Of a stretch of DNA of 64,000 bases, positions 9,116 through 18,276 are shown piece after piece (position 1 is the stretch's first letter; each line of letters starts with the position of its first letter). Both the position numbers and the translations under genes were made by a program. The stretch is from Treponemataceae bacterium (lineage in GTDB: Bacteria; Spirochaetota; Spirochaetia; Treponematales; Rectinemataceae): contig CAXXVZ010000004.1 in the NCBI GenBank assembly GCA_963678065.2, positions 96,001 through 160,000 of the forward strand, written 5' to 3'. Below the pieces are notes generated by a model that saw only the letters and a program-made list of their open reading frames with translations, was not told the DNA's origin and made no database searches.

Positions 9116-10921
9116 TTGAGGAAACACCATTCCCGTTCCGGCGATGGCCAGGAAGGCCAAGGCAAGGACAATTCCGGTCCCGACAGACCCGACACCAGAC
9201 AGGCTCGCCCGGACCGCAGGCCCGAAAACAAACCACAGCCGAAAGGCTTCAACCGCGGACAGGGCGGCAATCCCCGCCCCGAAGGCCTCTCCGCTTCCGG
9301 CCAGGAGGGAAAAGGCGACAGGGCCCACATTCGCAGCCAAAAACCTTCTCAGGAAAATCGCCAGCCCCGTCAGCCCCCCGTGACCCGCCATGGAGAAAGC
9401 GGATTCGACGCGAAGCAGCAAGGTAGGAGGAATGACTACCAGGGCCGGCCGACCGTCTTTCCCGGCATGGGACAGGCCGGAATGCCCTATGGGCGCGAGA
9501 CGGTCTCGCCCCTCTCCGCTCACGCTCCCGGCGGATCAGGCGCACAAAGGCCCTACATCCGGCGCAGGGCCGGGTATACGACCCCGGCGCCTCTCGCGCC
9601 TGCAGAGCCCGCCACCCGCATTTTCGAATCTCTGGAGCCCTCTGCGGAGAGCCTCGCGGTCATTGCCAAGCTCGGCGTATCCATCGACGAAGCCCAACCT
9701 CTCTCCCCGAAACACCGCGCCAGCCTCAGGCAGGACATTCGCAAACTCTGGGAAGAACTCACTTCCAACAAGGAATCGCGGAACGCCGAGTATCTCGGCA
9801 GCCCTGCATCCCTCTCCGCCTATGTCCGCTACTTTCTGCCCTGGAACGTATTCAGGCTTTCCGCTATCTTTTCCAACGCCGACTTCTGCCTTCCTCCTGA
9901 CGCTGTCCTCATCGACATCGGCTCCGGTCCGCTCACCATGCCGATCGCCCTCTATGTATCCCGGCCGGAACTGCGCGATCTGCCCCTGACCATCTACTGC
10001 ATGGACAGGGTCGAGCGGATCGTCGAGGCAGGCAGGGTCATCTTCGAGACTCTCTGCCTCAAGACCGAAGGCAGGATGCCCCCCTGGACTATCAAGACGG
10101 TCCGTGAATCTTTCGGCGCCGTCTTCGCGGAACGCGCGCATCTCGTGACGGCAGTCAATGTGTTCAACGAATTCTTCTGGAAAAGCAGGAGCCCCCTCGG
10201 CGAACGGGCCATCGAAACCGCCCGCACACTTCTTTCCTACACGCGGGAGAACGGCAGCCTCTTCGTCATGGAGCCGGGAGATCCCCGCTCGGGGGCATTC
10301 ATATCCGCCCTCCGGGCAGCCCTCATCACCGAAGGAGCGAGCCCCCTCGGCCCCTGCCCCCACGCCATGGACTGCCCCATGCCTGGCATTTTCCGCCGCC
10401 TCGCGCCCGACCACAGGGAGGACGACGACATCGAGCCCGGCAACCGGAAAGACCCCAACTCCGGGACATCCGCCTATGCCCTCCATCCGGTCGTCATGCC
10501 CAAAAAACGCGACAAGTATCCCTGGTGCCATTTCGGCATCGGAACGGAGAAGGCTCCCTCCTGGCTCTCCGCCCTCTCCGAAGAAGCGGGACTTCCCAAG
10601 GATAGGGCCGTCCTCTCCTATCTCTGGGCCGTTCGCAAACCCCGCACCCGCCTGTCCGCTCCCCTCGGCGACACCGCCGTCCACACGGAAAAAGAGCGGA
10701 GAGCCCGCGCCGGCACAGGCATCCTCGTCCGCGTCGTCTCCGACCCCTTCGCACTCGGAGATGGAGCCTGCGGCCAGTACGCCTGCTCCAACCTCGGCTA
10801 CACCCTCCTTAAAGGGATGCGCGGTTCCAGGAGCTTCGAGCCCGGCACCCTCCTCGAACTCCAGACCAGGGTCCAGCCGGGAACCGACGAAAAATCAGGA
10901 GCGATCATACTTCCCTATTGA
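9116..10921 (+). CDS. Rsm22/METTL17-like SAM-dependent methyltransferase with disordered N-terminus
   Basis: AYVRYFLPWN, IDIGSGP, VMEPG, GPCPHAMDCP, WCHF; start codon uncertain. Confidence 0.7.
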   Translation: MRKHHSRSGDGQEGQGKDNSGPDRPDTRQARPDRRPENKPQPKGFNRGQGGNPRPEGLSASGQEGKGDRAHIRSQKPSQENRQPRQPPVTRHGESGFDAKQQGRRNDYQGRPTVFPGMGQAGMPYGRETVSPLSAHAPGGSGAQRPYIRRRAGYTTPAPLAPAEPATRIFESLEPSAESLAVIAKLGVSIDEAQPLSPKHRASLRQDIRKLWEELTSNKESRNAEYLGSPASLSAYVRYFLPWNVFRLSAIFSNADFCLPPDAVLIDIGSGPLTMPIALYVSRPELRDLPLTIYCMDRVERIVEAGRVIFETLCLKTEGRMPPWTIKTVRESFGAVFAERAHLVTAVNVFNEFFWKSRSPLGERAIETARTLLSYTRENGSLFVMEPGDPRSGAFISALRAALITEGASPLGPCPHAMDCPMPGIFRRLAPDHREDDDIEPGNRKDPNSGTSAYALHPVVMPKKRDKYPWCHFGIGTEKAPSWLSALSEEAGLPKDRAVLSYLWAVRKPRTRLSAPLGDTAVHTEKERRARAGTGILVRVVSDPFALGDGACGQYACSNLGYTLLKGMRGSRSFEPGTLLELQTRVQPGTDEKSGAIILPY

Positions 10922-10946
10922 CAGGGAAGGCCCGTATCTATATAGT
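10918..10946 (+). promoter_or_regulatory. Sigma70 promoter of the tRNA genes
   Basis: TTGACA (10918-10923), 17-nt spacer, TATAGT (10941-10946), 22 nt before tRNA-Asp. Confidence 0.8.
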
Positions 10947-10968
10947 CCATCTTCGTCGACACCGACAC

Positions 10969-11042
10969 GGGGGCGTAGCGAAGCTGGTTATCGCGCTGGC
11001 CTGTCAAGCCGGAGATCGCGGGTTCGAGCCCCGTCGCTCCCG
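10969..11042 (+). tRNA. tRNA-Asp(GTC)
   Basis: Acceptor stem GGGGGCG/CGCTCCC, anticodon arm CTGGC-CTGTCAA-GCCGG, T-loop GGTTCGAG; CCA not encoded. Confidence 0.96.
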
Positions 11043-11065
11043 ATTTCGTCCGCGAGGGCGAGAAC

Positions 11066-11094
11066 AATCCCGTCCTTTAAAGACGGGATTTTTT
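11066..11094 (+). terminator. Intrinsic-terminator-like hairpin between tRNA-Asp and tRNA-Pro
   Basis: aatcccgtc/gacgggatt stem followed by a T-run. Confidence 0.65.
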
Positions 11095-11106
11095 GTTTCT
11101 GATCTG

Positions 11107-11179
11107 CGGGCTGTAGCGCAGGGGCTAGCGCGCTTGGTTCGGGACCAAGAGATCGGTGGTTCAAATCCACTCAGCCCGA
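11107..11179 (+). tRNA. tRNA-Pro(CGG)
   Basis: Acceptor stem CGGGCTG/CAGCCCG, anticodon arm CTTGG-TTCGGGA-CCAAG, T-loop GGTTCAAAT. Confidence 0.95.
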
Positions 11180-11181
11180 CT

Positions 11182-11215
11182 AAAAAAGACCGTCAGGAAT
11201 GACGGTCTTTTTTTT
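11182..11215 (+). terminator. Intrinsic terminator after tRNA-Pro
   Basis: aaaaaagaccgtca-ggaa-tgacggtctttttttt. Confidence 0.85.
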
Positions 11216-11358
11216 ATACCATAACAAATTACCATTAATATTTCGGAATCTATATACAACACAACTACATGACTCGATACTCGCATTTTCGTTCCCGAAA
11301 GAGTAGGAAGTGTCTGGAACGTGCCAGTAAGACAAAAACTTTACTTTTGAGGGGCTCT

Positions 11359-12711
11359 ATGGCGGAGAACTATCGCCTCCACAAGAGGAACTACAAACGG
11401 GATAATGGAGAAGAATATTTTACATGGTGGTACTCGTGCTGGGAAAATGGAAAGAGGGAACGGGCTCCTGCCGGCTATAAATGCACCATAAAACGCGAGG
11501 CACAAGAGTTCGTCGACGCTCTCCAGACGAGGCGAAAAAACGAGAAAAAGAAGGCCGCCGAAGCCACGGCCCTTGCTGCACTGCCTGAGCCAGTGCAGGC
11601 CGCCCTTGGGATCACTACCCTGCCGGAGGCCATCCCCCACTCGGTAATAAAGGCATCTAGGCGAATCCCTACCCTCCGCGAGTATGCGACCGGACTTTTC
11701 CTACCCCTGTCAAAGTACCTGAGGCGCCAGGAAGTCACTGACGGCATCAAAATCGCCGAGGAAACTCGGAAGGGGCACCGTGGGAGGCTCGACAACTACA
11801 TAATCCCCCAATGGGGATCGTATCCACTGGTATATTTCGAAAGGCCGGATTTTGTCCTCGAATGCCATGACTGGCTCGTCGATATCCGAAGGACCGATGG
11901 CGGACCTGCCTCTGGATCGCTGCGCAACAACATCGTGGAGACCTTTTCGATCACCCTCCGATCCGCCCGGCATGATCGATTGATCAAAAATGTTCCGAAA
12001 CTCAAACGGTTTGTACGGATGTCAAAACGGCAGGATACACTGTCTCTTCAGGAGCTCGAGCGGCTATTCCCCGCCTCGCGCGACGCATTGGCCGGCATAT
12101 GGACGCTCGAGGACCATCGCGACAACCAGAAGGTCGGCATCATGCTCGCGGCCGCGTTCTGCTTGTCGGTTTCATGCGGCCTACGATCTGGCGAGTTTCG
12201 GGCGATCATCCGGGAGAACATCCTCCGCCTTCGCGCACCGAATGGGACCCCGGTTTACCTCATCCTCGTCATGGAGTCTATCCACGCACGCAGGCAAGTG
12301 GGCAAGCTCAAGAAGGCGACCGAGGCGGAGTCTCGTGCCCGAGTCGTTCAGGCGTCCGGGAGAACGATCGATATTTTGGATCTCTGGCTCGCCGAGTCTG
12401 GGATCGCCTCGGGGCCGTTGTTCTTGTTCCGGGGTCGGTATATGACCAAGGAGTTTGTCAACCGCCGCTGGAAGGCCGGTCTCGAGCAAGCAGGGATAGA
12501 TACTACCGAGAGGCGATTGACCATGCACTCGGCCCGGTACACCTATACGAGCCAGATGAGGAGGCTTCTCTCCCCTCAGATCCTGCAGGAATTCACGGGG
12601 CACCGGTCGGCCGAGATGACTGACCTCTACGACAATCCGCACCTCGAGGATCTTGTCAGGCAGATCGCGGCCTCGAGCTCCGCGGAGGCAGTGGAGAAGT
12701 TTTGGGGGTGA
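11359..12711 (+). CDS. Tyrosine recombinase/phage integrase
   Basis: Catalytic set CGLRSGE (R), HSAR, TGH and DLY all present; N-terminal arm-binding-like region; adjacent to tRNA-Pro. Confidence 0.88.
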   Translation: MAENYRLHKRNYKRDNGEEYFTWWYSCWENGKRERAPAGYKCTIKREAQEFVDALQTRRKNEKKKAAEATALAALPEPVQAALGITTLPEAIPHSVIKASRRIPTLREYATGLFLPLSKYLRRQEVTDGIKIAEETRKGHRGRLDNYIIPQWGSYPLVYFERPDFVLECHDWLVDIRRTDGGPASGSLRNNIVETFSITLRSARHDRLIKNVPKLKRFVRMSKRQDTLSLQELERLFPASRDALAGIWTLEDHRDNQKVGIMLAAAFCLSVSCGLRSGEFRAIIRENILRLRAPNGTPVYLILVMESIHARRQVGKLKKATEAESRARVVQASGRTIDILDLWLAESGIASGPLFLFRGRYMTKEFVNRRWKAGLEQAGIDTTERRLTMHSARYTYTSQMRRLLSPQILQEFTGHRSAEMTDLYDNPHLEDLVRQIAASSSAEAVEKFWG

Positions 12712-12745
12712 ATGGGCACAACCGTACCACCGAAAAAAACAGTGG

Positions 12746-13600
12746 TTATTTTTTCGGGAGTAACCCTATCTTTTTGTCAGAATTAATAAACCCCTTCGAG
12801 GTGCTCTTCAGGTCTGATTTGATCTTTTTGATATCCTCAGCAACTTCTAGCCGTTCGGGCATCGTTCCACCGAGTTCGGCTATAGATTTTCTGACAGCCT
12901 TGCCAACCTCGAGAGCAGCCTCTTCGAGATTGTACTGCCCCTTGACGCCTTCACGCCGTATCTTTGCTTCGGTCTGGGTGATCCTGAATATATTCGCGCC
13001 AAGTTCTTCTGGTCCCATGAAGTCCAATGGTGTTCTGCTGTCGGGAATATTACGCTTGTCCTTCAATTTCTTCAGAGGCATATTGTATAGCCCGGTATAT
13101 CCTGCGCTCTGAAAGAGTGCGAAGTTCTCCAGCCCTCGAGAATGGGCGGCGGCATTCAGAGTTTTTTCATGGTCAGAAAATTCATCTCGCAAGATGATCC
13201 GCTCAATATCTCCGTGATCCTGCTTGTACTTCTGGAATAAATCAGCCAATGCGGCGAAATACACCTGGGCATGCGCAACATGAGGTTTCTTTGAGTCGGC
13301 GTTCATGGAAATGAGGTAACAGGCGAAGCGAGAAAGTTTGAGGTCTTTCACTCGCTTGCCATCAACTTCAATCCAGTCTTCCTGGAAGTGCTCGGTGATT
13401 TCAATATTCAGCGAGATGCATACCTGTATGGCTTTTTGGATAGGCTTCAATTTTGGGCTATACTCGGCATATCCCAATTCCTTCATGAACATAGACGCCA
13501 TCCAGTAGAGCATTCCGTTCTGGCGGGAGAGGTCTTCGATAGAAGGACGGTCTTCGTCGAAATGGAAAAGGTCAACTTCTTTCATCTCAGGATCAGTCAT
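12746..13600 (-). CDS. DinD/BRO-like damage-inducible protein
   Basis: LSRFACYLISMNADSKK..VAHAQVYFA, FQSAGYTGLY, LDFMGPEELGANIFRITQTEAK, VRKSIAELGGTMPE match DinD-family motifs. Confidence 0.8.
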   Translation of the reverse strand: MTDPEMKEVDLFHFDEDRPSIEDLSRQNGMLYWMASMFMKELGYAEYSPKLKPIQKAIQVCISLNIEITEHFQEDWIEVDGKRVKDLKLSRFACYLISMNADSKKPHVAHAQVYFAALADLFQKYKQDHGDIERIILRDEFSDHEKTLNAAAHSRGLENFALFQSAGYTGLYNMPLKKLKDKRNIPDSRTPLDFMGPEELGANIFRITQTEAKIRREGVKGQYNLEEAALEVGKAVRKSIAELGGTMPERLEVAEDIKKIKSDLKSTSKGFINSDKKIGLLPKK

Positions 13601-14177
13601 TACAGCCCCCTGAATCAGTATACCCCTCATTTCGGGAGGCAGCGATTATAATCTGAAAAAACTTTGGGTATAGTCAATCCTACCTGGGCGACATACTTCC
13701 ATTACGCTGGTTCCGGGGCTGTTTTCTTGTTGAATCAGATTTCCCCCCCATCACAAGGTGATCGAGCCCCTGAGCGCGATGAAGCATTCTCGCACCAATT
13801 CTTCAGATCTGCCAGCGAGATTTTTCGACCTGCAAGGAAACACTGTCAAGCTTTCAACTCATTTTTGTACTTTACATACGTATAGTTGTACGATACATTC
13901 CAGCAATGAAACTTCCTGCCGATATGATCGATTCGATATTACTCGAGCATTATGAGACAGGTATCCTTCGGATATCCCTGACGGATCGATCGACCTCATC
14001 CTCACCGATCCGCCCTATGGGGTCACCGATCTTGCGTGGGACAAGCGGCCGGACCTCGATTTCATGTGGAAGGAGTTCAACTGGAAATGGTAAACTGAAT
14101 TCCCCAGCAGTTGGCAAATAGGATTCCCCACCCACAGGGGCCTTGGCCGCTATGCTTGCGAGCATGCGGCACAAGAA

Positions 14178-15725
14178 ATGAGTACCATGAAGGACTACAA
14201 CATCGTACGAACAGGGCACAGGCAAGGACTCACAGTCAGCGCACTAGCGGTAAAACTTGGCAAGGACCGCAAGACCGTGAGAAAGTACCTGCGCATGGAC
14301 AATGACCAATTCTTACGGTATCTCGAGCGAATGGCAGAACGCGGTAAGGCTTTTTCGGTCTACAAGGACGAAATCCTCGAGATTTTTAAAAAGAACCACG
14401 AAGGCAGAATGGTCTACTCATCGTCCGTCCACGACTACTTAAGCGAGAAATACGGAGAGCTTCCAGGCTCGGACCGTACGTTGCGGAACTACCTGACGTA
14501 TCTCAAGGCATCCGGTGCGATTAAGGTGGGCCTGTGTCGGGAATATCGTCCTGTGGAGCCTCTGGCCTACGGCAAGCAGGCTCAGATTGATTTCGGCGTA
14601 GAGACGACGAACATCGGAAAGGCTTGGTTTGTTGTCGTAGTACTCTCACGAAGCCGTTACCGCTACGTAGCGGCCCAATCCAGGCCCTTTACCAGCGAGG
14701 ATGTGATCGGCCATCTCCTGGACGCCTTCGAGTTTTTTGGCGGTATCACCGAAGAACTCGTCATGGATCAGGACCGGACAATGATTGTGACGGAAAACCT
14801 TGGCGACCTCACGACGACAAAAGCCTTTGCTGAGTTCGTCGCAGAACAGGGACTGCGGCTCCGTGTCTGCCGTGCGGCCGATCCGGAATCGAAAGGAAAG
14901 GTCGAGAATGCGGTCAAATACGTCAAAACGAGCTATTTCTCGAGCCGCAGCTTCGCGACCTTCGACGAACTCCAGGCAGGCATGCGCAAATGGCTCTTAC
15001 GAGTGAACGCAAAACTGAGCCAAGCCACGCGTCTCATGCCGCTCGCGGACTTCGAAGCGCACGAGAAACCCGTCTTGCGGGCGCTCCGAGCGTCTATTTT
15101 CCGCGCGGACACCGCATCGGGCTGCCGAGAGAGCCGTAACGTGGATCAGAAAAGCCTTATATCGATCGCCGCGACCAGGTACTCGGTGCCGAACTCGTAC
15201 CGGCTCAACGAGGTCACTATCGAGCGCAAGGACGGACTCATCCTGGTATTCGATACGAAGACGGGTATCCAGATCGCGGCGCATCGCGAAGCGGCAACAC
15301 CCGGCGGAACGGTGCTGGACAAGGCTCACTATCGCGATCGCGAAGGATCCCAGGAAACGCTCCGCGCGGATCTTGTCGCCGCAGTAGATGATCTTCCCGA
15401 GTGGGGGAGCTTCGTCGATGGTATCTATACCGAGTATCGACGCTACTTCCGGGAGCACGCTGGCCGACTTCGGAAGCTTCTCAAGCGCAACATCGACAGA
15501 GAGAAACTCGTGCTTGCATTGAAGTTCTGCCTGGATAGAGGACTTGCAAGCGCCCAGGATCTCATCGACGCGGTCAACAGCACGACGCCAGTGCCCGCAG
15601 TGGCGCCTTCGCCGTACCGCGGCCTTCATCAAACCAGAGACCTTCCACTAGTTGCCACACGCTCGGTCAGCGAGTATCAGCGATTCCTCGACGCGCTCGT
15701 CGATACGCAGAGGCACGAAGAATGA
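14178..15725 (+). CDS. istA: IS21 transposase IstA
   Basis: N-terminal HTH, QAQIDFG, VMDQDR, ESKGKVENAVKYVK (DDE). Confidence 0.93.
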   Translation: MSTMKDYNIVRTGHRQGLTVSALAVKLGKDRKTVRKYLRMDNDQFLRYLERMAERGKAFSVYKDEILEIFKKNHEGRMVYSSSVHDYLSEKYGELPGSDRTLRNYLTYLKASGAIKVGLCREYRPVEPLAYGKQAQIDFGVETTNIGKAWFVVVVLSRSRYRYVAAQSRPFTSEDVIGHLLDAFEFFGGITEELVMDQDRTMIVTENLGDLTTTKAFAEFVAEQGLRLRVCRAADPESKGKVENAVKYVKTSYFSSRSFATFDELQAGMRKWLLRVNAKLSQATRLMPLADFEAHEKPVLRALRASIFRADTASGCRESRNVDQKSLISIAATRYSVPNSYRLNEVTIERKDGLILVFDTKTGIQIAAHREAATPGGTVLDKAHYRDREGSQETLRADLVAAVDDLPEWGSFVDGIYTEYRRYFREHAGRLRKLLKRNIDREKLVLALKFCLDRGLASAQDLIDAVNSTTPVPAVAPSPYRGLHQTRDLPLVATRSVSEYQRFLDALVDTQRHEE

Positions 15726-16462
15726 GCGCCCTCGCAGAATCCGCTCGTAAACTGGAGTCCCTGCGGCTTCGTGGCGCGTCGTCACGGCTTCCTGAGCTTC
15801 TTAAACAAGCTGAAAGCGGGGGACTGACATGCCTTGCCTTCCTCGAGACCCTCGTGGACGTCGAACTACAGGATCGCGGCGACAGGCGCCTCAAACGAGG
15901 CCTCGCCATGGCCCATTTTCCCGTCGTAAAGCGCCTCGAGGATTTCAAACTCGGCCGAGTAGCAGGAATTGGAAAACGAGACCTCTCTGAGCTCACCGAG
16001 TGCTCTTGGATAGACCGTCACGAGAACCTTCTGCTCTTCGGGCCTCCTGGACTCGGAAAGACCCATCTCGCAATCGCTCTTGGCCATGTGGCCGTACGCA
16101 AAGGCTATTCGGTTTGTTACGAGCGCATGACCTCACTGGTGAAGCTCCTCGTGCGCTCTGACGCCGCACGCAGCGCTCAGTTCAGGCTAAGCCGGCTCGC
16201 GAAGGCCAACCTCATGATCATTGATGAGATTGGCTACACTCCTATCGAGCGCAAGGAAGCCAATCTCTTTTTCACCTTCGTCTCGGATCTCTATGAACGT
16301 GCCTCTATCGTCGTGACGAGCAACAAGGACCTGAACTCTTGGTCAGAACTCATGGGCGACGAGGTTATGACCGCAGCCCTGTTGGATCGTCTCATGCATC
16401 ACGCAAAGATTTTCTCCCTGTCAGGGGAGTCATATCGCATCTCTGCAAAGAAGGAGGAATAA
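15722..16462 (+). CDS. istB: IS21 helper ATPase IstB
   Basis: Walker A GPPGLGKT, Walker B IIDEIGY, TSN, ALLDRLMHH, GESYR; 4-bp overlap with istA. Confidence 0.95.
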   Translation: MSALAESARKLESLRLRGASSRLPELLKQAESGGLTCLAFLETLVDVELQDRGDRRLKRGLAMAHFPVVKRLEDFKLGRVAGIGKRDLSELTECSWIDRHENLLLFGPPGLGKTHLAIALGHVAVRKGYSVCYERMTSLVKLLVRSDAARSAQFRLSRLAKANLMIIDEIGYTPIERKEANLFFTFVSDLYERASIVVTSNKDLNSWSELMGDEVMTAALLDRLMHHAKIFSLSGESYRISAKKEE

Positions 16463-16484
16463 CCCTCTACCGGGTGGGGATTCC

Positions 16485-17629
16485 TAGTGTACTGTCCAAT
16501 ACAGACAACCTAATAAAAGTATGCTATACTTACCACATGGCGAAAGAAGTAAAACCGAACACGACCAAAGAAGACGTTATCCTTATGGAAAAGATTTTAG
16601 CTATCGGGGATATTCAGCACAAATATGCTGTACGTCTTCAAACCGTCCTAAGCAGAGCCCATAACCGATCAACGAACGACACAGCAGCGTTTCTTGGGAT
16701 TAATAATGTCACGGTGAGCCGGTATGTCCACCGGTACAATGAGGGCGGATTAAAGTCCTTACTCACTGACAAAACAAGAAAACCAGGGAAACAGCCAATT
16801 CCAATCGAAGTAAAGAATGAGCTTTGTACGCTTGTCTGCAATGAAAAACCTGAACAGGGAACGCATTGGAGTACGAGAGAGTTGGCAAAAAAACTTGGCA
16901 TAGGGCATTCCTCGGTGAATACCATTCTTCGCGAACGAGGACTAAAGCCCCATCTGGTGAAGCATTTTCAATTCAGCACCGATCCTGATTTTGAAAAGAA
17001 GCTGGAAGATGTCGTCGGCTTGTATCTCAATCCTCCCGAGAACTCGATAGTTCTTTGTGTGGACGAGAAATCACAGATTCAAGCCGTAGAGCGATCGCAG
17101 CCGATTCTACCGTTGCTTCCCGGTGTTCCTGAACGTCAATCTCACGACTACTATCGCCATGGTACAACAACGCTTTTTGCAGCATTAAATGTCGTGAGCG
17201 GGAAAGTAATCGGCGACTGCAAGGAACAACACAAGGCAGCTGACTATATTTCTTTCTTGAAGATGGTCAATCGCAAGAGCCCTAAGGGAAAGACGCTTCA
17301 TATCGTTGCGGATAATTATTCTGCACATAAAACTCAAGAGGTCAGGAAATATCTGGATTCGATGAATGGTCGATTTGTTGAGCACTTCATACCGACACAT
17401 TCTTCATGGCTGAATCTTGTTGAACGCTGGTTTGGAGAAATCACCACTAAGCGAATTCGGCGCGATAGTTGGACCAGTGTTGATGAACTTGAAAAGGCGA
17501 TAGACGATTTCATCAAAGGCTGGAATACATCAGGTCGTAAATTCAAATGGGTAAAATCTGCTGAACAAATTTCTTCGAGCATTGCAACTGCCAAGGGCTA
17601 TTAGGCAATCTGTAAAAGACGGAACACTA
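16485..17629 (+). mobile_element. IS630-family element, copy 1 (1145 bp including both TA)
   Basis: Imperfect terminal IRs tagtgtactgtccaatacaga / tctgtaaaagacggaacacta, inserted at CTAG with TA duplication. Confidence 0.92.
16537..17604 (+). CDS. IS630 transposase
   Basis: WSTRELAK HTH, CVDEKSQIQA, DYYRHGTTTLFAAL, DNYSAHK, SSWLNLVERWF. Confidence 0.95.
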   Translation: MAKEVKPNTTKEDVILMEKILAIGDIQHKYAVRLQTVLSRAHNRSTNDTAAFLGINNVTVSRYVHRYNEGGLKSLLTDKTRKPGKQPIPIEVKNELCTLVCNEKPEQGTHWSTRELAKKLGIGHSSVNTILRERGLKPHLVKHFQFSTDPDFEKKLEDVVGLYLNPPENSIVLCVDEKSQIQAVERSQPILPLLPGVPERQSHDYYRHGTTTLFAALNVVSGKVIGDCKEQHKAADYISFLKMVNRKSPKGKTLHIVADNYSAHKTQEVRKYLDSMNGRFVEHFIPTHSSWLNLVERWFGEITTKRIRRDSWTSVDELEKAIDDFIKGWNTSGRKFKWVKSAEQISSSIATAKGY

Positions 17630-18276
17630 GTTGCCATATGGTGGGGAAAACTACTTGCCATTTCCAACAGGATCCTGAAGCCCTCCGGAGCAGCAGTAGT
17701 CACCGCCACGCAGCCCTTCGCTACGGATCTCATCGTCGCGAACAGGAGATACTTCCGATACGACCTCGTGTGGGCGAAGTCAAACCCAGTGGGACATCTC
17801 AACTCCCGAAGAATGCCGATGCGCCAGCACGAGCTCGTCCTCGTCTTTTATCGGCGACTTCCAGCCTACAATCCACAGATGCTGCCAGGGGCCTCACGCG
17901 TGGCGCGGCAATTGACTGCAAAATCGCAGGGAGTTTCGAAGCCCGGCGTCTATGCCCAGCATGCAATCCTCGCACGGGAGGCTCATGGCCGATATCCGAC
18001 CAGCCTTCTTCCGGTCGATAAGGAGGGAGCCGGAACCAGCCGGCATCCTACACAGAAACATCTCTCTTCGAATACTTCATTCGGACTTATTCAAACCCTG
18101 GAGAACTTGTTCTTGATCCATTCATGGGCTCAGGGACGACAGCTATCGCAGCCATTCGTTCAGGCCGGCACTATCTTGGGTTCGAAATCGAGGCAGCATA
18201 CTACGAGATAGCTCAGTCCAGAATAAAAAGGACTGAACCTCTCATTCACAATGATGAACAATCAAACCTGACAACC

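Larger units (their letters stand above)
14082..17666 (+). mobile_element. IS21-family element (contains a nested IS630)
   Basis: Ends TGGAAATGG.../...CCATTTCCA, subterminal (t)tccccac-containing repeats, istA-istB, flanking AC duplication; removal restores the MTase frame. Confidence 0.92.

Noticed and set aside
16339..16536. N-terminal extensions of the IS630 transposase (also 20967-21074)
   Set aside because: They run past the IS ends and differ between the two copies; the shared start is MAKEVKP.
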